NCBI GenBank assembly: GCA_002269645.1
Contig: NIVC01001405.1
Span: forward strand, 62,001-126,000
Source of the DNA: Macrostomum lignano
Taxonomy: Eukaryota
Length of the DNA: 64,000 nt
Direction: 5' to 3'
Shown one piece after another: positions 13,847-26,103 of the stretch (position 1 is the stretch's first letter; every line of letters starts with the position of its first letter). The notes beneath the pieces were generated by a model. It worked only from the letters and a program-made list of their open reading frames with translations. It did not search any database and was not told the origin of the DNA. The translations under genes were made by a program, and so were the position numbers.

Positions 13847-15008
13847 TGATGTAACCGCCCTTGTCGCCGCCCGATGATGCTGGGCGGTATCAGACCGCTG
13901 GCCGATAGGCGAGCTCGCTTGGGGAGCTGAAGATAACTTGGCGGTAACAGACCGCGGACCGGCAGGGGTTCGCCTTGTAGACGAATAGGTCAGATCAAGG
14001 TCTGACAGCAAGTCCACAATAGGACGCTTGAGAAGACGACGCCCAAGACGGGAAACGTGAACCGGCTGAGCATTCTCATGCCGAAAACCGCTTCCTTATA
14101 TAGCCTTCCCAGCCGCCGCTCCAAGGTCGTTTCCATGACTCCCTCTCTCTGATTGGCTGCCAGCAGAATGACGTCAGAATGAGTCATGATGAGAAGCATG
14201 AGACCGGCATAGCAACATGAGAAATGGGAGAATTGCGCAATCCGGAGAGGTGGGTGGGGGATAATTGGCGCAGCGGGACGTCGCAAAAGTGTTGCGCAAG
14301 CAAACATTGAGAACAATAGGGCTGGGGTCGAGAACAAAGGAATTGGAAATCGGGGATAACTGGGGAGAATCGAGAACAATAGAAAAGCAAACATTGGAGA
14401 AAAGGTGATAATTAGGTGCGAAAACGAGAACAATAGAAAGAGAAAATGTGATAATTGGTGGGGGTCGAGAGAACAAAAGAATCAAAAACGAGAACAATAG
14501 AAGCGGAGGTGGGGTGGGTGTCGCATGAGAAATTTGTGGAGGAGAACAATAGCGTGAGAAAAGGTTGCGCAAGAGGAGGATGAGTCATCGATGAGTCATC
14601 GAGGGGAAGAAGGGGTCACACGACTTGCGTCATCGTTTGGGAGTTTGAGAAGGGATGGGGTGACGGTGAGCGCACAAAATACTGTAAGTAGACGCAGAGA
14701 AAGGGGGGACAGCGCAGAAAGAGACAAAAAGAGGGGACAGGAAAAGTACATAAAGAATAGGGAGGCGCGCAGGGGAGATAAGGTAGAGGGGGAGGTACAA
14801 AGAGGGAGGGGGAGCTCCGGAAAGGCAAGTGTGGCGGCAGGGGAGACGGAGCCAAGGCAGCAGGGGGTGCAGCAGAGCGGGAGTCTCCAGGCCTGGTCGA
14901 ACACCTGGCCGAGTCTCAACAGCTCTGTGCAGGGGGTGCACGGCGATAAGGAGGCACTTTCGAAAAAGTTCCCCTGCCCTATCCCGCGACCAGAGCGTTG
15001 TTACATCA
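13847..15008. mobile_element. Solo LTR, 1162 bp, probably Gypsy-type
   Basis: TG...CA termini with a 9-bp inverted repeat TGATGTAAC/GTTACATCA. 4-bp TSD TAAT at 13843-13846 and 15009-15012. Internal GAGAACAATAG repeats, TGAGTCA motifs, and a minus-strand TATATAA near 14100. Confidence 0.8.
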
Positions 15009-16806
15009 TAATTTAGATTTTCAAACTAAAAATAAAGTCAGATAACCGCAGTCTGAGCGAAGCAGATTGATAAAATTTCTACTAGTTCGGGTGAAGCGTT
15101 CTAAACTAGGCTGAAATTATCCATTTCCGTTTTAAATGACATCATTTCTCTTTATGAGACTAATTAAAAAATGAGTCTCATATTAAAATTCATCAGGCTT
15201 TTGGCTTTACTCAATACGAATACACAGTCCTTTCTGCTGTCCCACAATGGCAACCAAAGAGTACAGAGTTAATATGGCGAGCCAATATCGCCAGTAAGAG
15301 GAAGCTAAAAGTGCAAATCACTGACTGTGTCCGGACTGAGATCACCAGTTTTATTGTAATGATCGGGATTTGAAACTGTAATCAACTGAGTTTTTGCATC
15401 AATCAGAGTGACAGATCAAGAATTCCAATGTTTTTAGTGACAGAGGTGGAACACTCTAAGCACTATGTTTTATTGATAAACTGTGTGTACGTACTACTTA
15501 TGAGTATTAAGGATTTCAACTGCTTTCTCGCAATCGCTATTTTGCATATTGATATAACAACGGCTCAAGTTATCCACAGTCTGGAAAGTCAAAAAAGCAG
15601 ACTAAAGCAGACTCTCAGCCACTTCTCCCTATGTCAGGTCTCTGAGTCTGAAGCTCAGCGGGAGTAGGTGAATAATAATTCAGTCACTTCAGGAAAAGAC
15701 GATTTGACAGAATTTTGTATGTATACTGCAACAACAACTACTACTAATTGCAGGATCGAGGGCTGTAAGCACCCTGGAAGCGCAACGCTTTCGCGACATA
15801 GTCCGGCAACCAGCGCTGATGCAACTCTGTAGTGAGTTGCAAGTGTACTTGTATGCGCTAGTCGCTAGAGCGGGGTTGGGGGTTGCTATTGTACAGCATG
15901 TAGGTGCTTTCCACTCACCCTATCGTATTTAACCTGCGTATCGATCTAGTAAACGCCAAGAGGCTTCGTCAACTCTCAGTCGTATCTCTCTGCATTAGTC
16001 TACAACTTAGTGACATTAGTGACAACCTCCCGGCCAGTTTTCTTGCACAAGCCCCAAGTTACTGTGTTTACTGCTGAACTGCTCTGCCGCTAAACTTACT
16101 TCTAGATGTAGTCGAGAACCCATATACTCTCGTAGGAAAACCATTCCGCTTGAAAAATGAAATACGAACTCGTGAACTCGAATTAAAACAAAAATTTAGA
16201 TTTCTGCCCTGTCCGAACATCTTTCTTAGGATATTTAATCTAGTCTAATTTATCGAGCTGCTGCAATGTAACAGTAACTGGTTTAAACTGTTTAGACTGC
16301 GCGTGCGAATCAGCGCGCTTGTGGTGCCTGCTCAGGGGAGTCGGCGGAATGGCAGTAATGCCTCTCGCCGGTTGTGTGACAATGTCGCTTAAAGTGCTCC
16401 CTTCTGCGTCTATAAAAAACGATGGAAATTATTAATCCGCTATAATTCACTTGTCATTCGGTATCAGCCGTTGTCACAAGTTGGGAGACCCATCCTCTCT
16501 AATTGCATAAACCGTCATTCTTCTGAACTGAAAATGGACTGAAAATCCACTTCAGCTTCAGCGACACCAATTGGTTGATGGATTGGATGGCTAAAAGTTC
16601 CTAATTGCGAGTATATTGATTGACTGGATCGTCTGTCAAATAATTTTGACAGAGCACTGCATCAATTTAATCATTAACCCGATTGACAGATGGGTCGCAT
16701 TGGATCTGTCAAAAGGTATAAAGCTTTACATTTCGAAGCTGTAAGAAGCATTTTTGACAGAGGCAAAAGAAAGATGCTCAACTATTCTGTGTTTGCTAGC
16801 GAGCTA

Positions 16807-17520
16807 ATGACAATTCTGCACCGAATGATGATGCTGATGCTGCTGCTCCTGCTGCCAGGCCTCGGACTCTCGGCATGTCCCCCGCCTTTCTTCCCAGCGC
16901 ACGGAACCTGCTTGTTCAATGAGTCGCGGACCAGGTTTACTTGGTGCGCTGCCAATCAACAGTGCCAACTCATCGGAGGCGAGCTGCTGTGGTCCTATGA
17001 CGTCATCAGGTTGAGCTCATTCGGCATCAAAGCGTGGATTGGAGCGGCTGACCTTGCCGACGAATGCGGATTGAGCAGATCCGGATGGCAGCTCGTGAAC
17101 GGCAGGGGCGTTCTGCCCACCGATCACTCGTTGTGGGTGAGCTCAGAGCCAGACGGAGGAGACCAGGACTGCCTGCTGCTTTTAGCCAGCAATCAACTGG
17201 CGAATGCAATGTGCTCACAAAAATTCGGATGCGTATGTGAGCAGCAAGTCGGACCAGTCCAGCCAGCCGGAGTTGCCTCCTGGCGAAGAGTTCAGTTCAA
17301 GCGGGTCGACTTCAACTCGAACTCAAACTGCTGCTTCAATGACGTTGCCGCTTCAAGCGCCATCCAGTGCGTGGCGGCCGCACTGAGGGCCGGCCGCAGC
17401 TGCAGACACGCGCTGTACAATGGGAAGCTGAAACTGTGCCGACTGCTGCTGTTCACCGACTCGCAGGTGGAGATGCATATAGAGACTGGCGAGGACTGGA
17501 AAAAGTTCAGTCTGCATTGA
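16807..17520 (+). CDS. Secreted C-type lectin domain protein with a C-terminal PAN/apple-like module, intronless
   Basis: Hydrophobic signal (MMMLMLLLLLPGLGLSA). CTLD motifs CPPPF, TWCAANQQC, WIG, W..SEPDGGDQDC and C....GCVCE. C-terminal C..SAIQCVAAA..C....Y....CRL pattern. The Met at 16807 or the MMM run is more likely than the ORF start at 16690. Confidence 0.8.
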   Translation: MTILHRMMMLMLLLLLPGLGLSACPPPFFPAHGTCLFNESRTRFTWCAANQQCQLIGGELLWSYDVIRLSSFGIKAWIGAADLADECGLSRSGWQLVNGRGVLPTDHSLWVSSEPDGGDQDCLLLLASNQLANAMCSQKFGCVCEQQVGPVQPAGVASWRRVQFKRVDFNSNSNCCFNDVAASSAIQCVAAALRAGRSCRHALYNGKLKLCRLLLFTDSQVEMHIETGEDWKKFSLH

Positions 17521-18042
17521 TTAGCTTTGATTCACCTGTTCAATTCTTCGCCAGCGATTGCTACTTTCAATTTTCGACCGATTTAGTAATCAAGCGTATC
17601 GTAAATAAAAATGTGGAAATTAATTTTCCTTTTGCTTTGCGAAAAAAATATTTACTGACTTGATCTACGGTAGAACACGAAGGTATTCAAGGCCTTCGAT
17701 AAAACGTCTTTTTGCTAAATTTGTTTCAAAACACTTGCATACCATACATCCTAATGCGTTTTAATGGTTTTCCAGAAAAGCTAATAGCTACTTCTGTTAA
17801 AAGGTTTTCGACGTGTTGTGGTGTTGCATCGCCCACTCTTGCAGTGCAAGTGCACCCCGTCCTCAAATGAGTCACCACCATGCGTTTCGTCTCCCCCCTT
17901 GTTTTGTTGTTTTCTTGAATCACCTTGAATCATCTTGTATGTTTCAGCCAGGTGGCTTATATATGCCTTGTTTTCTTTTTAGTGTTGTTTAAAGTTTTAC
18001 TTCCAGCCCGGTAATTGTGTGCGATGCCCAGTGTCTCTCACC

Positions 18043-18045
<3 letters not shown>

Positions 18046-18087
<42 letters not shown>
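18046..18087. repeat. (CT)n microsatellite
   Basis: Dinucleotide run. Confidence 0.95.
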
Positions 18088-18089
<2 letters not shown>

Positions 18090-18727
18090 AATATTTCCAA
18101 ATATAGTGATGAAAACGCCCGGCTGGGTTTGGAGATAAGCGCCAATACATCCGCTCAGTAAATTCAATAAAGTTCTCCGATCTGGTTCATGAGCTGAATA
18201 TACAGAAGACCGGGTGTCACATTATCAATCACAAGGGACTTCGAGAACTTTTGACATTGACTGGCGTATGTGCGACCCTGATCTTGAAGAAGTCTGCCTG
18301 TTGATTCACAAAAATGCAGTCGGGCATTCGGCTTTGTCTGCAAGTTCTCAAAAACAAATGATGACTCAACTCAGCGCAATCGACAAGCTCAATAAAGGTG
18401 AAAGAAACTCATCAAGCAGCAATAAGAGGCCGCAATACCTACACAGGGAGTTTTGGGCTTCAAGTGCAGTGCAGCACCTGAGGGCACTCGCTGTACAACT
18501 CCAAGCTGGGGCTTTCCCGATGCTCAGGTGACTGACTCGATCAGAGGTGTGATTTTTTCTTGATTATTAAAGACTCAGATAGTTGATTAAGTACAGTCTG
18601 AAGATTTGGTTCTTAAATAGATGACAAATCTGTCAAATGACTAAATTTTAAAAAGCCTGCAAAGTCTTGAAATGTTATAAGCGTATAAAACATAGAACTT
18701 AGTTATTGTGTATTCAATTGCGTGGAC

Positions 18728-18851
18728 ACAACAACAAAACCAGCAACAACAACAAAATACACCTCTCGTCGGCCACAAGTGGCCACAGAGGGTTGGAGGC
18801 GGCAGAATACACGCCTTTACGTCGCACTTCTAAAAAAGTCAACTCCTTCAG
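18728..18851 (-). mobile_element. Short interspersed repeat fragment with a (TTG)n-like tail; probable SINE/LINE 3' end
   Basis: TGGCCACAGAGGG-TGGA..CAGAA-ACACGC..GCACTTCT..AGTCAACT-CTTC recurs, diverged, at about 41760-41830. Adjacent (CAA)n run. Confidence 0.45.
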
Positions 18852-19614
18852 TCAAATTCAGAATAGGGGCTCTCGCATCCCTCGGAAGCAGCTCGGGTTA
18901 GGACTCGTTTGCCCATGACCTCGTCTCCACAAACCCTGCGCGTCTACAACAGAAGGTCGTGTAACGGCTCGAGGCGGCGACTGTCCGACCGTATGACGTT
19001 GCCAGCCAGCCTGAGTCGCCAGACACATGGACACATTTTGCTATACAGTTGTAAAGTCTGAAGGCCGCGTGCTAAGCTGAGCGAGAAAATCAAACACGGG
19101 GCCCTAACTGGCCAGGTTAGCGATATATATATTTGAGGTTTTACGCGTACGGCGTACATGACTCATGCGACACAAGATGTACATTTATAATATAACTCAC
19201 TCGCCTATTTAGAACAAATTGATAATAATATTGCGAGGCAATTACAACAGTGAGATAGTTTGCAAGCAAATCGAAACAAGCAAAACTCAGTCTTAACATC
19301 CCCAAGAATCGGTGTAGTACAACTTCAGTTATGCGCCGTGGTCGTTCCCACCAAAACACAATAGAAATCTAACGACTGAGAGCCGTTTATTATCTTTAAT
19401 TTTTTCGAACTTTTAATTAGACCCATAGACTTACGAACAGCAGAAAAAACTAGAAGTTACAAGCAACTTTACTGGTATTATTGGCCCGCCGTTGCGAGCC
19501 AAAGTGAATGTCGTAATCGTCTATGGTGATATTGAAATTCAGCTCGCCCGATAGTCGCTTAGCGATGGCACAATAGAGTTCTACCGACTGCTATAAACTT
19601 TTCTACTTTGAATC

Positions 19615-22600
19615 ATGGCGGCTATGCAGCATTTGAAATCGTCGGCCCGAAAGATTACTTTTTCGATCCGGATAAAGCAAGCCGTGTTTCTCCTGTTCTT
19701 GCTGCTCAAGTTCAAGATTCTCCGTGTTCCGCTCTTTCATTGCTGCTATCGTGCTGCTACCTTCGAACTTCTGGCTACTCGAGGTTCAGTCACTGGCCGG
19801 CAGCTCCGATGGCCAAGTCAGTGCGCAGAAGATAGTTTGATTCAGAGCGATTTACCTGGAACATCTCGGTCAGTCACGAAGGGAACATTTTAAACAAAAT
19901 GGACAGGCTGGAAAAGCTTGCAACAGTGAATGGATGGAAACCAGATTGGATGAAAGAATGCCGCAGCAGGAAATCTTGCAGCTTAGATTTTTACAAAAAA
20001 GCGCTCGACGAAGTCAAAGTTAGCAAAGCTGCTCACGTCAGCTACAGCTCCAAAGTCGGACACTTCGTTGAGTGCTTCCACATGCCAGAGGCCGACCTGG
20101 CCTGCCCGTTCCTCCACCAGCTGATGTTGCGCTCCCTGAGCAAGGACGGCCGCCTCTTCCGTGACGTCCAGTTCGTGAGCTACACCGACACCTTGGATCG
20201 AGAGCTCCCTAAAAACCAGGGTGTCGGCGTGCTGCCAAGCAAGAAAAGGGCCAATACAATATGCGAACGAGTTGAGTCCACTGGACAAATGTTCTATACA
20301 TTCACTGTCACTTTGCTCTACCACTTACTCATCGCCACAGCCGGCTGCATGGTGTATTTCACTGCCTCCACCATCGCATTCATCTCTGGTCTGAAAGAGT
20401 GCGGCTTCCTGCAGCTCATGTTCAGCAATGGACTGTCGGTGGGAGCCTACTGGACTGTTATCATCACTTCAGTAGTGGTGGAGTGCGCAGTGTTTTCCGC
20501 AGTCATCGGGCCCTGCTACACGCTGCAGTGCTCAGACTATTTTCCTGCAAAGCGTGCGCTACAGTTCGGACTCGTCTTCTTCGCCTACATCTACTCGATG
20601 GCGTCGCTGAGCCTCCTGCTGACTGTGCTTCTGCGCACCTTCTACCTCATTGTGGTGGCTACGGTGGCCATCATCATGGCGATGGTTTCAATCACTGTGT
20701 TGGGCGTGATTAATCTGACAAAAATGGAGGAGATGGACTACATTCTTAACACTCTGTTGATATTCCCACCTGGTCACGTGGTTCAATATTCGCTGTACAC
20801 ATTATACACTTTTCGATCTAATGAGTACATGAAATGGAATAATTTTCAGAAGGACTATCTGAAGACAGCGCTAACAGGAATGATGGCATTTCCTCTCGTC
20901 ATGACAGTGCTGGCGATATATTTAGACTTCATGATAAGCAGCGGCAACGGCTTTCGGCTACCTTTTACTTATATATTTAGTCCAAGTTTCTGGATGCCTA
21001 AGGAAGACGCACCCAAGACTGACCTACCCATGGAATTTAAAGAGCCGGAGGACCCCGAGACGATAGAACCAGTGCCCGGTGGGTCGCCGGCAGTTTGCGT
21101 GAATGATTTAAGCGTTAGCTACGAACGAGGCTGCACTCCGTTCAGAAACCGGGAAAATTTTGTTCAAGCCTTGGATTCATTTACCTGTAAGTGAAAACCT
21201 GATAGAGTTATTTTCTTTCTACGTAATTTCTTTTGTTTTTGTTTGAACCGTAAAATAGTTTACTTGCAAACTAAGCTTTAAAAAGTGAATACAAATGTGC
21301 CGCTAAAAAATTGGACAGCTTCGCATCATAAAAAATGTGCACTGGTTTCTCCAAACTGCCAAATATTGCAGGCACAATCTACCGCGACCAGATTACCGCC
21401 CTGATCGGGCACAACGGTGCTGGAAAGACCACTCTGATCCGGGCTCTCACTGGCGACCTGACTCCGTCAAGCGGCGCTGCTTACATCGGCAATCGGATGG
21501 TCCGCGACCCCTACCAATGCATGACACTGCGCCGAATCGTGAGCGTCTGCAGCCAGACAAACATGCTGAGCCAGCAGCTCACTGTGATGGAGAGCCTCAA
21601 GCTGGCAGCATTGAGCAAAGGCTTTACATTGGAGAGCCAGCTTGAAAATGTCAATAAAATGCTTGAGCGACTGCTGCTAAGTGGCAAGGAAAATGTTCGA
21701 GCAGTGGACCTGAGCGGTGGACAGTTGCGAAAGCTGTGCTGCATCATATCTCTGCTGGGTGACCCGGAAATAATTTTGCTGGACGATCCCACTAGGGGTC
21801 TCGACCCCGTGTCTAGAAGGCATCTCTGGCAGATTATGGAAGAGCGCAAGCAAGGTCGCTGTCTCATAATGTGCACTCAGTTCATGGACGAGGCGGATAT
21901 GCTAGCAGATAGAAAAGTGGTGATTTCTGGAGGCCGGCTTATCTGCGCGGGATCGTCGCTGTTCCTAAAGAATCGATTTGGCTGTTGCCCAACTATCAAC
22001 GTATCGCTGAGACCTGAACGGAAGGCTCAAGCGTTCGTCCACACATTGCCACGCGGGGTTACTCTGATCAACCAATCAGGCACGGAGCTGCAGTTAAACG
22101 TCTCATTTGCACAGTCAAAAGCAGCCTCTGAGTTGCACCTGCTAGCTGCCGTTGTGAAGAAGCTCGAGTGGCATAGAAGACGAAAAGGATCCCCAGTTGC
22201 CGCATTCGGTGTGTCGCAAGCCAACTTGGACGATATTTTTATGCGCATCAAGGATCTGGACACTGGGTTTATTGTATCGGGCATTCGGTCCCGAAACCTA
22301 GCCAGTATGATAAGTATATCCACAAAGGAAGAGCCGCCAAAAAGGCGCATGGGAGATTTGGCACTACTACGGCAGAACGATCTTGAAGTTAGTCAGCTGC
22401 GGCGTTCAGTTTGCAGGACATTTGCATCGCTGATGGCGACGAATCTGCGCCGTCAGGTAAGATCGTCGGTGCAAGTCATTTGCCGCTTTGTGATGCCTCT
22501 TGTGCTCATTGCAGTTGTTGGCATTTTGGCTTACATGGAAAAAAACAACTACAAGGTAAACTATCCCATGGCAAAGTATCTTATCTGGGATGTCTCCTAC

Positions 22601-25148
22601 AACAGGTCCTTTAAAGAGCTGATTTATACCTCTACAGTGCAGCAAATTATGGCAGAAGCTGTCAGAAAGCCAGTAGTATCACTGTATTCAACTGACAATG
22701 TTGTTTGCGTGTACGACAAAACAGGAGAAGAAAAAGTCGCTCGGATTGCCTGCAAATATCTGGCCAACTACCACTTCGATGTGGTGCGGAAGGGCAAGGA
22801 GTCAATCGGAGATTTCATTCTTCCTGGTCAGCAGTTAAGACCGGAGCTAGAGAATCTCTGCAAAGAGCATTGTTACATCATTTATGCCAGTTCATGGAGC
22901 GGGACACAATCAAATGGAGACAGATCATTTTCTATTGGACACTTTTGGCGCAAGCCCCGGCATGAAGTGTCGGAAAAGCCGCTGGCTTCCTACTTTGTAA
23001 AACTTTGGAAAATGTTTGCCCCCGATGACATCTCTCCGGAATCGGTTCACATGATAAGCGTCATACCGTTTCTGCAATACTACAGCATTCAAAACGAGCT
23101 TATTGTTCTAGTTTTGCTATTCTCGATCATCCCAGTCACCTTCATGTCCGACCCTGTTGAAGATAGATCCACTGGCGTCAGGCAACAGATGCAAATCATG
23201 GGACTGAGCAGCTTTGCTTACTGGGTCAACACGTTCGTCATCCACTGGATTCAGTACCTGACATTCGCTGTGCTATCAATTCTCGTGTGCATGATATGGG
23301 ATCGGTATATCAGCGCATTTCTGTTCTGCTATGTTTGGCTTCCACTTCTGCTGCTGGGCACCGTGAGCAACCTTCTGTGTATCTACTGCATTGGTGCGAT
23401 GCAGCGCATTCCAAGCAACAGTGTCTTAGCGATATACCTGTTCTTCATCCTCTTCGTCTTGTCCGTGGTCACGTTTTTAATGAAAAGCCGCATCGCCAGC
23501 GCAATTGCGATGTGGCTCGTTCCACCGCTCGCTCCCATGATGCTGACCTTCACGGCACTGAAAATTGTTGTTTATGGCTTACTTTACCATAACGAGGAGT
23601 TGACGAAAGAAATTCCCGAACTGCGAGAGACTTTTTTAAATTTATCTGCCACCGTACATGCACTCAGTGCAATGGGAGCTCATATTTTATTGCTAATCAT
23701 ATTGTTAATCATTACCGAAAACTGGTCCGCTATTAAATATTTTGCAAACGCGCGATGTGCATCTCGAAATGTCGCTAAGCGCAGACAGAAAAGAAAATTA
23801 AATGAACAAGATGAAAAAGGCGTTCTGATGGAAACAGAGCGGCTATTAAAGAATCCGAGGAGCAACCAAAACTTGCTGGAAGTCCGCAATGTGGAGAAAG
23901 TCTACCCCAACGGCGTCTATGCAGTGCGCGGCGTCACCTTTGGCGCCATGACCGGTGAAATTTTCGGCCTGCTCGGCCAGAACGGAGCCGGAAAGACTAC
24001 TCTGATGTCGGCCATCGTCGGACAGCTGACCGCATCGAGTGGCGAAGTCGAGGTCCGCCATTTGGGCGGCGCCTGGCTGGAAAGTCACCTGGGAACTCAG
24101 CGCGGCGTCGTTGGCTTCTGCCCGCAGCACGATCCGCTGTTCCGACAAGTCACAGTTGAGGAGCACATTATCTTCTACGCGCGTATCCGAGGCGTTCCAG
24201 AGAACACTGTCATGAAGCAGACAGACAGGCTCATTCAAGGACTCGGACTTGTCGATGATAGGTTCAAGCCAGCTAAACAACTTTCATGTGGTAATAAACG
24301 CAGCCTGTGCCTCGCCATTGCGCTTCTTGGATGTCCATCTGTTGTCGTCATTGATGAGGCCTCCTCAGGAGTAGATCCGGAGAATAAACGCGGCATCTGG
24401 CGGGCGATCCGCGGTATAGCACTGGGCGGTCATCGGACAGTGGTGGTGACCACGCACAGCATGGAGGAGGTGGAGGCGCTCTGCAGCAGACTGTGCGTCA
24501 TGGACAAAGGCAGCATGATCGGATTCGGCACTGTCCAGCAGCTGCGAAGTCAGTAAGTATTTTTTTGTTTAGTGCAGTGGGTCAGAGGAGCAGCAAGGAA
24601 GCGAAAGTATAGGCTTTAGCTGCATTTTCTCGCGACTGACAGGTACTTGGACAATAGTACCGTATTAGTGAGTACCTCTGTGCGAAAATTATCTGCTGAG
24701 TTTTTTACTTTTTGCTCGTCATTATACCAAGCATAGAAAACTTTTCACCAGTTCATCCCAGTCTACTCTGATCTCTGGGCTTCAGCAGGCTCTATCTGTC
24801 AAATTTTCATGAATCTCTTACAGGTACGGCAAAGACTACACCTTGGATGCTCTGCTGTCGGCTACGTCGAGCCAAGATAAACTGTCGAAACGCAAGGCTG
24901 AATTGAAGTCGGCCATTAAGAAAAAGTTTCCTCATGCCATCCTCATTGATGATGTTGGGGCGTCAGTCCAGTTCCGGATACCGACTCCGACCACGGCTAG
25001 ACTGTCAGCAAGGATCCAGTGGTTGGCCAACATGAGAGCTAAGCTGAATGTGCAGTTCTTCAGTCTCTACCAGATGTCTCTCGACCAGATATTCGTCAAA
25101 ATGATGCGCAAGCACACAGTTGCAAACTATGCAGATGTAGAAGTCTGA
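19615..25148 (+). CDS. Full-size ABCA-subfamily transporter, tandem copy 1 (about 1690 aa), with two apparent +1 frameshifts near the N-terminus
   Basis: Exons about 19615-21186, 21372-24552 and 24824-25148. TMD-NBD-TMD-NBD layout. Walker A GHNGAGKTT and GQNGAGKTT, LSGGQ, LDP, TTHSMEEVEALC. Removing one T at 19735-37 and one at 19836-38 restores colinearity with copy 2. Confidence 0.9.
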
Positions 25149-26103
25149 GTTCTAACATTATCTTACCACTGCTTGCAGCATAATACATGGCTGTTATTTT
25201 TTTATTCTATCAACTGTGTTTCGCTGTCCGATCTCACTGTTTTCCGCCGTCATTTTTGGAAAAACAGCCTTAAAATTCAGTTTAAAAACTAAAAGAACAT
25301 TGAGGTTTACTACATGTGCGACAAGCGAACGCGACTTTTAACTAAAGTCGCAAGCAAAAGAATATACTTTTGATCCAAAAGCTACCACGTACTTGAAGTA
25401 CCTGAACGCAGCTATTTTATTTAAAACTAAATCAAGTCTTGGAGTTTTGAATTGTTTGAATTATTTGAGTTTAGAGTACAGATGACCACCATCAACTATC
25501 GAGCAGCTGACTCGTGTACGCTTACGGTTTAGTGAGACATCCGGAATGGTTATTATGAATTTCTCGTAACTCATTTCCCTCCTCTTTGATTAAGTATCCT
25601 GTTGCAGCTAGCTCAGGTAGCCGCAACAGGATAGGTGGTTGTTCTAAGGACATGCAAGGAATACAAGCATATATGTACATGTAGGCTGTTTTTTACACGT
25701 GCCTGAGGCTAATTATGCTCTGAGGACTTCCATTTATTTGAATAGTCTTTCAGTAGTGTACGTGAAGTTGTTGCATGCACATAGCAAAGGGATAGGGGGA
25801 TGGTTCTCAACATATTAAATGAACGGGCTATTTGAGCAGTAACTGCACGCAAATGATCGATTGCTTAGACGAAACTCTGGTCTCTGGCGATATCAAAGAT
25901 TGCTCGGAAGTAAGAATGTATTTATAGCTTGCAAATTCGCCAAATTCGAAGTACGTAGATTTCAGCTGTAATGACGGCAGTCTCTAAATTGTCTATGATA
26001 ATAGTATTCAGATGAATTATTTGTTGCATTGAAAAAAATTGAACCCGAAAAGATTTAAATCACACCTCGCCCATCTTGGTAGCGCACTCTCGTAATTATC
26101 ACG

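Noticed and set aside
15764-16030. Possible second solo LTR starting TGTAAG
   Set aside because: No matching inverted end or target-site duplication found.
17750-17830. NGFPEKLI..VKR peptide reminiscent of a Penelope thumb region
   Set aside because: Too short, with no other RT motifs nearby.
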